In this document: positions 24,000 through 34,480 of the stretch, one piece after another
Position numbering within the stretch: position 1 is the stretch's first letter
How the letters are laid out: each line of letters starts with the position of its first letter
DNA from: Eledone cirrhosa
Taxonomy: Eukaryota
Reading direction: 5' to 3'
Length of the DNA stretch: 64,000 nt
Assembly (NCBI GenBank): GCA_964016885.1
Contig: OZ024744.1
Coordinates: 128,030,001-128,094,000 of the forward strand
Notes under the pieces: generated by a model
Databases searched by the model: none
Told to the model about the DNA's origin: nothing
Seen by the model: only the letters and a program-made list of their open reading frames with translations
Translations under genes and position numbers: made by a program

Positions 24000-26900
24000 T
24001 AAGTTAAGTTGGGTTTAAGTTAAGTTGGGGCTAAGTTAAGTTGGAGCTAAGTTAAGTTGGGGCTGAGTTAAGTTGGGGGTAAGTTAAGTTGGGGTTAAGT
24101 TAAGTTGGGGTTCAGTTAAGTTGGGGTTAAGTTAAGTTGGGGTTAAGTTAAGCTGGGGTTAAGTTAAGTTGGGGTTAAGTTAAGTTGGGGTAAGTTAAGT
24201 TGGGGTTAAGTTAAGTTGGGGTTGAGTTAAGTTGGGGTTGAGTTAAGTTGGGGTTAAGTTAAGTTGGGGTTAAGTTAACTTGGGGTTAAGTTAAGTTGGG
24301 GTTAAGTTAAGTTGGGGTTAAGTTAAGTTGGGGGTAAGTTAAGTTGGGGGCAAGTTAAGTTGGGGTTAAGTTAAGTTGGGGTTAATTTAAGTTGGGGTTA
24401 AGTTAAGTTAGGGTTAATTTCAGTTGGGGTTATGTTAAGTTGGGGTTAAGTTAAGTTGGGGTTAAGTTAAAGTTGGGGTTAAGTTAAGTTGGGGTAAAGT
24501 TAAGTTAGGGTTAATTTAAGTTGGGGTTAAGTTAAGTTGGGGTTAAATTAAGTTGGGGTTAAGTTAAGTTGGGGTTAAGTTAAGCTGGGGTTAAATTAAG
24601 TTGGGGTTCAGTTAAGTTGGGGTTAAATTAATTTGGGGTTAAGTTAAGTTGGGGTTAGTTAAGTTGGGGTTAAGTTAAGTTGGGGTTAAGTTAAGTTGGG
24701 GTTAAGTTAAGTTGGGGTTAAATTAAGTTGGGGTTAAGTTAAGTTGGGGTTAAGTTAAGTTGGGGTTAAGTTAAGTTAGGGTTAATTTCAGTTGGGGTTA
24801 TGTTAAGTTGGGGTTAAGTTAAGTTGGGGTTAAGTTAAAGTTGGGGTTAAGTTAAGTTGGCGTAAAGTTAAGTTAGGGTTAAGTTAATTTGGGGTTAAGT
24901 TAAGTTGGGGTTAAATTAAGTTGGGGTTAAGTTAAGTTGGGGTTAAGTTAAGTTAGGGTTAAATTAAGTTGGGGTTCAGTTAAGTTGGGGTTAAATTAAG
25001 TTGGGGTTAAGTTAAGTTGGGGTTAGTTAAGTTGGGGTTAAGTTAAGTTGGCGTTAAGTTAAGTTGGGGTTAAGTTAAGTTGGCGTTAAGTTAAGTTGGG
25101 GTTAAGTTAAGTTGGGGTTAAGTTAAGTTGGGGTTAATTTAAGTTGGGGTTAAGTTAAGTTGGGGTTAAGTTAAGTTGGAGTTAAGTCAAGTTGGTGTTA
25201 AGTCAAGTTGGGGTTAAGTCAAGTTGGGGTTAAGTCAAGTTGGGGTTAAGTTAAGTTGGGGTTAATTTAAGTTGGGGTTAAGTTAAGTTGGGGGTAAGTT
25301 AAGTTGGGTGTAAGTTAAGTTGGGGTTAAGTTAAGTTGGGGTTCAGTTCAGTTGGGGTTAAGTTAAGTTGGGGTTAAGTTAAGCTGGGGGTAAGTTAAGT
25401 TGGGGTTAAGTTAAGTTGGGGTTAAGTTAAGTTGGGGTTAAGTTAAGTTGGGGTTCAGTTAAGTTGGGGTTAAGTTAATTTGGGGCTGAGTTAAGTTGGG
25501 GTTAAGTTAAGTTCGGGTTGAGTTAAGTTGGGGTTAAGTTAAGTTGGGGTTAAGTTAAGTTGGGGTTAAGTTAAGTTGGGGTTAAGATAAGTTGGGGTTA
25601 AGTTAAGTTGGGGTTAATTTAAGTTGGGGTTGAGTTAATTTGGGTTTAAGTTAAGTTAGCCTTAACTTAAGTTGGGGTTAAGTTAAGTTGGGGTTAAGTT
25701 AAGTTGGGGGTAAGTTAAGTTGGGGGCAAGTTAAGTTGGGGTTAATTTAAGTTGGGGTTAAGTTAAGTTGGGGTTAAGTTAAGTTGGGGGTAACTTAAGT
25801 TGGGGTTAAGTTAAGTTGAGGGTAAGTTAAGTTGAGGTTAAGTTAAGTTGGGGTTAAGTTAAGTTGGGGGTAAGTTAAGTTGGGGGTAAGTTAAGTTGGG
25901 GTTAAGTTAAGTTGGGGTTAAATTAAGTTGAGGTTAAGTTAATTTGGGGTTAAGTTAAGTTAGGGTTAATTTCAGTTGGGGTTAAGTTAAGTTGGGGTTA
26001 AGTTAAGTTAGGGTTAATTTAAGTTGGGGTTATGTTAAGTTGGGGTTAAGTTAAGTTGGGGTTAAGTTAAGTTGGTGTTAAGTAAAGTTGGGGTTAAGTT
26101 AAGTTGTGGGTTAAGTTAAGTTGGGGTTAAGTTAAGTTGGGGTTAAGTTAAGTTGGTGTTAAGTAAAGTTGGGCTTAAGTTAAGTTGGGTTTGAGTTAAG
26201 TTGGGGCTAAGTTAAGTTAGGGCTAAGTTAAGTTGGGGTTAAGTTAAGTTGGGGCTAGGTTAAGTTGGGTCTAAGTTAAGTTGGGGTTAAGTTAAGTTGG
26301 GGTTAAATTAAGTTGGGGTTAAATTAAGTTGGGGTTAAGTTAAGTTGGGGTTAAGCTAAGTTGGGGTTAAGTTAATTTGCAGTTAAGTTAGGTTGTGGGT
26401 TAAGTTAAGTTGGGGGTAAGTTAAGTTGGGGGTAAGTTAAGTTGGGGTTAATTTAAGTTGGGGTTAAGTTAAGTTGGGGTTAAGTTAAGTTGGGGTTAAG
26501 TTAAGTTGGGGTTAAGTTAAGTTGGCGTTAATTTAACTTGGGGTAAAGTTAAGTTGGGGTTAAGTTAAGTTGGGGTTAAGTTAAGTTGGGGTTAAGTTAA
26601 GTTGGGGTTAAGTCAAGTTGGTGTTAAGTCAAGTTGGGGTTAAGTCAAGTTGGGGTTAAGTTACGTTGGGGTTAAGTTAAGTTGGGGGTAAGTTAAGTTG
26701 GGTGTAAGTTAAGTTGGGGTTAAGTTAAAATGTGGTTAAGTTCAGTTGGGGTTAAGTTAAGTTGGGGTTAAGTTAAGTTGGGGGTAAGTTAAGTTGGGGG
26801 CAAGTTAAGTTGGGGTTAAGTTAAGTTGGGGTTAAGTTAAGTTGGGGTTAAGTTAAGTTGGGGTTAAGTTAAGTTAGGGTTAATTTCAGTTGGGGTTATG

Positions 26901-29900
26901 TTAAGTTGGGGTTAAGTTAAGTTGGGGTTAAGTTAAAGTTGGGGTTAAGTTAAGTTGGGGTAAAGTTAAGTTAGGGTTAAGTTGAGTTGGGGTTAAGTTA
27001 AGTTGGGGTTAAATTAAGTTGGGGTTAAGTTAAGTTGGGGTTAAGGTAAGTTGGGGTTAAATTAAGTTGGGGTTCAGTTAAGTTGGGGTTAAATTAAGTT
27101 GGGGTTAAGTTAAGTTGGGGTTAGTTAAGTTGGGGTTAAGTTAAGTTGGGGTTAAGTTAAGTTGGGGTTAAGTTAAGTTGGGGTTAAGTTAAGTTGGCGT
27201 TAAGTTAAGTTGGGGTTAAGTTAAGTTGGGGCTAAATTAAGTTGGGGTTAAGTTAAGTTGGGGTTAATTTAAGTTGGGGTTAAGTTAAGTTGGGGTTAAG
27301 TTAAGTTGGAGTTAAGTCAAGTTGGGGTTAAGTCAAGTTGCGGTTAAGTCAAGTTGGGGTTAAGTCAAGTTGGGGTTAAGTTAAGTTGGGGTTAAGTTAA
27401 GTTGGGGTTAACTTAAGTTGGGGTTAAGTTGGGGTTAAGTTAAGTTGGGGGTAAGTTAAGTTGGGGTTAAGTTAAGTTGGGGGTAAGTTAAGTTGAGGGT
27501 AAGTTAAGTTGGGGTTAAGTTAAGTTGGGGTTAAATTAAGTTGAGGTTAAGTTAAGTTGGGGTTAAGTTAAGTTGGGGGTAAGATAAGTTGGGGGTAAGA
27601 TAAGTTGGGGCTAAGTTAAGTTGGGGCTAAGTCAAGTTGGGGTTAATTCAAGTTGAGGTTAACTTAAGTTGGGGTTAAGTTAAGTTGGGGTTAAGTTAAG
27701 TTGGGGTTAAGGTAAGTTGGGGTTATGTTAAGTTGGGGCTATGTTAAGTTGGGGCTAAGTTAAGTTGGGGCTGAGTTAAGTTGGGGTTAAGTTAAGTTGG
27801 GGTTGAGTTAAGTTGGGGTTAAGTTAAGTTGGGATTAAGTTAAGTTGGGGTTAAGTTAAGTTCGGCTTGAGTTAAGTTGGGGTTAAGTTAAGTTGGGGTT
27901 AATTTAAGTTGGGGTTAAGTTAAGTTGGGGTTAAGATAAGTTGGGGTTAAGTTAAGTTGGGGTTAAGTTAAGTTGGGGTTGAGTTAATTTGGGGTTAAGT
28001 TGGGGTTGGGTTAAGTTGGGGGTAGGTTAAGTTGGGGGCAAGTTTAGTTGGGGTTAAGTTAAGTTGGGGTTACGTTAAGTTGGGCGTAAGTTAAGTCGGG
28101 GTTAAGTTAAGTTGGGGTTAAGTTAAGTTGGGTTTAAGTTAAGTTGGGGCTAAGTTAAGTTGGAGCTAAGTTAAGTTGGGGCTGAGTTAAGTTGGGGGTA
28201 AGTTAAGTTGGGGTTAAGTTAAGTTGGGGTTCAGTTCAGTTGGGGTTAAGTTAAGTTGGGGTTAAGTTAAGCTGGGGTTAAGTTAAGTTGGGGTTAAGTT
28301 AAGTTGGGGTTAAGTTAAGTTGGGGTTAAGTTAAGTTGGGGTTGAGTTAAGTTGGGGTTGAGTTAAGTTGGGGTTAAGTTAAGTTGGGGTTAAGTTAAGT
28401 TGGGGTTAAGTTAAGTTGGGGTTAAGTTAAGTTGGGGGTAAGTTAAGTTGGGGGCAAGTTAAGTTGGGGTTAAGTTAAGTTGGGGTTAAGTTAAGTTGGG
28501 GTTAAGTTAAGTTAGGGTTAATTTCAGTTGGGGTTATGTTAAGTTGGGGTTAAGTTAAGTTGGGGTTAAGTTAAAGTTGGGGTTAAGTTAAGTTGGGGTA
28601 AAGTTAAGTTAGGGTTAAGTTAAGTTGGGGTTAAGTTAAGTTGGGGTTAAATTAAGTTGGGGTTAAGTTAAGTTGGGGTTAAGTTAAGTTGGGGTTAAAT
28701 TAAGTTGGGGTTCAGTTAAGTTGGGGTTAAATTAAGTTGGGGTTAAGTTAAGTTGGGGTTAGTTAAGTTGGGGTTAAGTTAAGTTGGGGTTAAGTTAAGT
28801 TGGGGTTAAGTTAAGTTGGGGTTAAATTAAGTTGGGGTTAAGTTAAGTTGGGGTTAAGTTAAGTTGGGGTTAAGTTAAGTTAGGGTTAATTTCAGTTGGG
28901 GTTATGTTAAGTTGGGGTTAAGTTAAGTTGGGGTTAAGTTAAAGTTGGGGTTAAGTTAAGTTGGCGTAAAGTTAAGTTAGGGTTAAGTTAAGTTGGGGTT
29001 AAGTTAAGTTGGGGTTAAATTAAGTTGGGGTTAAGTTAAGTTGGGGTTAAGTTAAGTTGGGGTTAAATTAAGTTGGGGTTCAGTTAAGTTGGGGTTAGTT
29101 AAGTTGGGGTTAAGTTAAGTTGGCGTTAAGTTAAGTTGGGGTTAAGTTAAGTTGGCGTTAAGTTAAGTTGGGGTTAAGTTAAGTTGGGGTTAAGTTAAGT
29201 TGGGGTTAAGTTAAGTTGGGGTTAATTTAAGTTGGGGTTAAGTTAAGTTGGGGTTAAGTTAAGTTGGAGTTAAGTCAAGTTGGTGTTCAGTCAAGTTGGG
29301 GTTAAGTCAAGTTGGGGTTAAGTCAAGTTGGGGTTAAGTTAAGTTGGGGTTAAGTTAAGTTGGGGTTAAGTTAAGTTGGGGGTAAGTTAAGTTGGGTGTA
29401 AGTTAAGTTGGGGTAAGTTAAGTTGGGGTTCAGTTCAGTTGGGGTTAAGTTAAGTTGGGGTTAAGTTAAGCTGGGGGTAAGTTAAGTTGGGGTTAAGTTA
29501 AGTTGGGGTTAAGTTAAGTTGGGGTTAAGTTAAGTTGGGGTTCAGTTAAGTTGGGGTTAAGTTAATTTGGGGCTGAGTTAAGTTGGGGTTAAGTTAAGTT
29601 CGGGTTGAGTTAAGTTGGGGTTAAGTTAAGTTGGGGTTAAGTTAAGTTGGGGTTAAGTTAAGTTGGGGTTAAGATAAGTTGGGGTTAAGTTAAGTTGGGG
29701 TTAATTTAAGTTGGGGTTGAGTTAATTTGGGTTTAAGTTAAGTTGGCCTTAACTTAAGTTGGGGTTAAGTTAAGTTGGGGTTAAGTTAAGTTGGGGGTAA
29801 GTTAAGTTGGGGGCAAGTTAAGTTGGGGTTAATTTAAGTTGGGGTTAAGTTAAGTTGGGGTTAAGTTAAGTTGGGGGTAACTTAAGTTGGGGTTAAGTTA

Positions 29901-30030
29901 AGTTGAGGGTAAGTTAAGTTGAGGTTAAGTTAAGTTGGGGTTAAGTTAAGTTGGGGGTAAGTTAAGTTGGGGGTAAGTTAAGTTGGGGTTAAGTTAAGTT
30001 GGGGTTAAATTAAGTTGAGGTTAAGTTAAT
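24000..30030 (+). repeat. Roughly 1.9-kb block repeated at about +4.1 kb (about 24000-25950 versus about 28120-30030)
   Basis: GGAGCTAAG at 24043/28162, GGCGTAAAG at 24859/28963, and AGCC/GGCC-TTAAC at 25658/29745. Offsets are 4087-4119 and several differences separate the copies. Confidence 0.8.
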
Positions 30031-32520
30031 TTGGGGTTAAGTTAAGTTGGGGTTAAGTTAAGTTGGGGGTAAGATAAGTTGGGGCTAAGTTAAGTTGGGG
30101 CTAAGTCAAGTTGGGGTTAAGTCAAGTTGGGGTTAAGTCAAGTTGAGGTTAACTTAAGTTGGGGTTAAGTTAAGTTGGGGTTAAGTTAAGTTGGGGTTAA
30201 CGTAAGTTGGGGTTAAGTTAAGTTGGGGCTAAGTTAAGTTGGGGCTAAGTTAAGTTGGGGCTGAGTTAAGTTGGGGTTAAGTTGGGGTTGAGTTAAGTTG
30301 GGGTTAAGTTAAGTTGGGATTAAGTTAAGTTGGGGTTAAGTTAAGTTCGGGTTGAGTTAAGTTGGGGTTAAGTTAAGTTGGGGTTAATTTAAGTTGGGGT
30401 TAAGTTAAGTTGGGGTTAAGATAAGTTGGGGTTAAGTTAAGTTGGGGTTAAGTTAAGTTGGGGTTGAGTTAATTTGGGGTTAAGTTAAGTTGGGGTTAAC
30501 TTAAGTTGGGGTTAAGTTAAGTTGGGGTTAACTTAAGTTGGGGGTAAGTTAAGTCGGGGTTAAGTTAAGTTGGGGTTAAGTTAAGTTGGGTTTAAGTTAA
30601 GTTGGGGCTAAGTTAAGTTGGGGCTAAGTTAAATTGGGGCTGAGTTAAGTTGGGGGTAAGTTAAGTTGGGTGTAAGTTAAGTTGGGGTTAAGTTAAGTTG
30701 GGGTTAAGTTAAGCTGGGGTTAAGTTAAGTTGGGGTTAAGTTAAGTTGGGGTTAAGTTAAGATGGGGTTGAATTAAGTTGGGGTTGAGTTAAGTTGGGGT
30801 TAATTTAAGTTGGGGTTAAGTTAAGTTGGGGTTAAGTTAAGTTGGGGTTAAGTTAAGTTGGGGGTAAGTTAAGTTGGGGTTAATGTAAGTTGGGGTTAAG
30901 TTAAGTTGGGGTTAAGTTAAGTTGGAGTTAAGTCAAGTTGGTGTTAAGTCAAGTTGGGGTTAAGTCAAGTTGGGGTTAAGTCAAGTTGGGGTTAAGTTAA
31001 GTTGGGGTTAAGTTAAGTTGGGGTTAAGTTAAGTTGGGGGTAAGTTAAGTTGGGTGTAAGTTAAGTTGGGGTAAGTTAAGTTGGGGTTCAGTTCAGTTGG
31101 GGTTAAGTTAAGTTGGGGTTAAGTTAAGCTGGGGGTAAGTTAAGTTGGGGTTAAGTTAAGTTGGGGTTAAGTTAAGTTGGGGTTAAGTTAAGTTGGGGTT
31201 CAGTTAAGTTGGGGTTAAGTTAATTTGGGGCTGAGTTAAGTTGGGGTTAAGTTAAGTTCGGGTTGAGTTAAGTTGGGGTTAAGTTAAGTTGGGGTTAAGT
31301 TAAGTTGGGGTTAAGTTAAGTTGGGGTTAAGATAAGTTGGGGTTAAGTTAAGTTGGGGTTAATTTAAGTTGGGGTTGAGTTAATTTGGGTTTAAGTTAAG
31401 TTGGCCTTAACTTAAGTTGGGGTTAAGTTAAGTTGGGGTTAAGTTAAGTTGGGGGTAAGTTAAGTTGGGGGCAAGTTAAGTTGGGGTTAATTTAAGTTGG
31501 GGTTAAGTTAAGTTGGGGTTAAGTTAAGTTGGGGGTAACTTAAGTTGGGGTTAAGTTAAGTTGAGGGTAAGTTAAGTTGAGGTTAAGTTAAGTTGGGGTT
31601 AAGTTAAGTTGGGGGTAAGTTAAGTTGGGGGTAAGTTAAGTTGGGGTTAAGTTAAGTTGGGGTTAAATTAAGTTGAGGTTAAGTTAATTTGGGGTTAAGT
31701 TAAGTTGGGGTTAAGTTAAGTTGGGGGTAAGATAAGTTGGGGCTAAGTTAAGTTGGGGCTAAGTCAAGTTGGGGTTAAGTCAAGTTGGGGTTAAGTCAAG
31801 TTGAGGTTAACTTAAGTTGGGGTTAAGTTAAGTTGGGGTTAAGTTAAGTTGGGGTTAACGTAAGTTGGGGTTAAGTTAAGTTGGGGCTAAGTTAAGTTGG
31901 GGCTAAGTTAAGTTGGGGCTGAGTTAAGTTGGGGTTAAGTTGGGGTTGAGTTAAGTTGGGGTTAAGTTAAGTTGGGATTAAGTTAAGTTGGGGTTAAGTT
32001 AAGTTCGGGTTGAGTTAAGTTGGGGTTAAGTTAAGTTGGGGTTAATTTAAGTTGGGGTTAAGTTAAGTTGGGGTTAAGATAAGTTGGGGTTAAGTTAAGT
32101 TGGGGTTAAGTTAAGTTGGGGTTGAGTTAATTTGGGGTTAAGTTAAGTTGGGGTTAACTTAAGTTGGGGTTAAGTTAAGTGGGGTCAACTTAAGTTGGGG
32201 GTAAGTTAAGTCGGGGTTAAGTTAAGTTGGGGTTAAGTTAAGTTGGGTTTAAGTTAAGTTGGGGCTAAGTTAAGTTGGGGCTAAGTTAAATTGGGGCTGA
32301 GTTAAGTTGGGGGTAAGTTAAGTTGGGTGTAAGTTAAGTTGGGGTTAAGTTAAGTTGGGGTTAAGTTAAGCTGGGGTTAAGTTAAGTTGGGGTTAAGTTA
32401 AGTTGGGGTTAAGTTAAGTTGGGGTTGAGTTAAGTTGGGGTTGAGTTAAGTTGGGGTTAATTTAAGTTGGGGTTAAGTTAAGTTGGGGTTAAGTTAAGTT
32501 GGGGTTAAGTTAAGTTGGGG
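29250..32520 (+). repeat. 1658-bp tandem duplication
   Basis: GGCCTTAAC at 29745/31403 and the CG of TTAACGTAAG at 30201/31859, both offsets 1658. Confidence 0.9.
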
Positions 32521-33399
32521 GTAAGTTAAGTTGGGGGCAAGTTAAGTTGGGGTTAAGTTAAGTTGGGGTTAAGTTAAGTTGGGGTTAAGTTAAGTTAGGG
32601 TTAATTTAAGTTGGGGTTATGTTAAGTTGGGGTTAAGTTAAGTTGGGGTTAAGTTAAGTTGGTGTTAAGTAAAGTTGGGGTTAAGTTAAGTTGTGGGTTA
32701 AGTTAAGTTGGGGTTAAGTTAAGTTGGGGTTAAGTTAAGTTGGTGTTAAGTAAAGTTGGGCTTAAGTTAAGTTGGGTTTGAGTTAAGTTGGGGCTAAGTT
32801 AAGTTAGGGCTAAGTTAAGTTGGGGTTAAGTTAAGTTGGGGCTAGGTTAAGTTGGGTCTAAGTTAAGTTGGGGTTAAGTTAAGTTGGGGTTGAGTTAAGT
32901 TGGGGTTAAATTAAGTTGGGGTTAAGTTAAGTTGGGGTTAAGCTAAGTTGGGGTTAAGTTAATTTGCGGTTAAGTTAGGTTGTGGGTTAAGTTAAGTTGG
33001 GGGTAAGTTAAGTTGGGGGTAAGTTAAGTTGGGGTTAATTTAAGTTGGGGTTAAGTTAAGTTGGGGTTAAGTTAAGTTGGGGTTAAGTTAAGTTGGCGTT
33101 AAGTTAACTTGGGGTAAAGTTAAGTTGGGGTTAAGTTAAGTTGGGGTTAAGTTAAGTTGGGGTTAAGTCAAGTTGGGGTTAAGTCAAGTTGGGGTTAAGT
33201 CAAGTTGGGGTTAAGTTAAGTTGGGGTTAAGTTAAGTTGGAGGTAAGTTAAGTTGGGTGTAAGTTAAGTTGGGGTTAAGTTAAAATGTGGTTAAGTTCAG
33301 TTGGGGTTAAGTTAAGTTGGGGTTAAGTTAAGTTGGGGGTAAGTTAAGTTGGGGGCAAGTTAAGTTGGGGTTAAGTTAAGTTGGGGTTAAGTTAAGTTG

Positions 33400-34480
33400 G
33401 GGTTAAGTTAAGTTGGGGTCAAGTTAAGTTGGGGTTAAGTTAAGTTAGGATTAATTTCAGTTGGGGTTATGTTAAGTTGGGGTTAAGTTAAGTTGGGGTT
33501 AATTTAAAGTTGGGGTTAAGTTAAGTTGGGGTAAAGTTAAGTTAGGGTTAAGTTAAGTTGGGGTTAAGTTAAGTTGGGGTTAAATTAAGTTGGGGTTAAG
33601 TTAAGTTGGGGTTAAGTTAAGTTGGGGTTAAATTAAGTTGGGGTTCAGTTAAGTTGGGTTTAAATTAAGTTGGGGTTAAGTTAAGTTGGGGTTAGTTAAG
33701 TTGGGGTTAAGTTAAGTTGGGGTTAAGTTAAGTTGGGGTTAAGTTAAATTGGGGTTAAGTTAAGTTGGGGTTAAGTTAAGTTGGGGTTAATTTAAGTTGG
33801 GGTTAAGTTAAGTTGGGGTTAAGTTAAGTTGGAGTTAAGTCAAGTTGGGGTTAAGTCAAGTTGCGGTTAAGTCAAGTTGCGGTTAAGTCAAGTTGGGGTT
33901 AAGTCAAGTTGGGGTTAAGTTAAGTTGGGGTTAAGTTAAGTTGGGGTTAAGTTAAGTTGGGGTCAAGTTAAGTTGGGGTTAAGTTAAGTTAGGATTAATT
34001 TCAGTTGGGGTTATGTTAAGTTGGGGTTAAGTTAAGTTGGGGTTAATTTAAAGTTGGGGTTAAGTTAAGTTGGGGTAAAGTTAAGTTAGGGTTAAGTTAA
34101 GTTGGGGTTAAGTTAAGTTGGGGTTAAATTAAGTTGGGGTTAAGTTAAGTTGGGGTTAAGTTAAGTTGGGGTTAAATTAAGTTGGGGTTCAGTTAAGTTG
34201 GGTTTAAATTAAGTTGGGGTTAAGTTAAGTTGGGGTTAGTTAAGTTGGGGTTAAGTTAAGTTGGGGTTAAGTTAAGTTGGGGTTAAGTTAAGTTGGGGTT
34301 AAGTTAAGTTGGCGTTAAGTTAAGTTGGGGTTAAGTTAAGTTGGGGTTAAATTAAGTTGGGGTTAAGTTAAGTTGGGGTTAATTTAAGTTGGGGTTAAGT
34401 TAAGTTGGGGTTAAGTTAAGTTGGAGTTAAGTCAAGTTGGGGTTAAGTCAAGTTGCGGTTAAGTCAAGTTGGGGTTAAGT
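33400..34480 (+). repeat. About 544-bp (34-monomer) tandem duplication
   Basis: AGGATTAATTTCAG at 33447 and 33991, each followed by the same TTATG, TTTAAAG, GTAAAG, TTCAG and GGGTTTAAA series. Confidence 0.82.
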
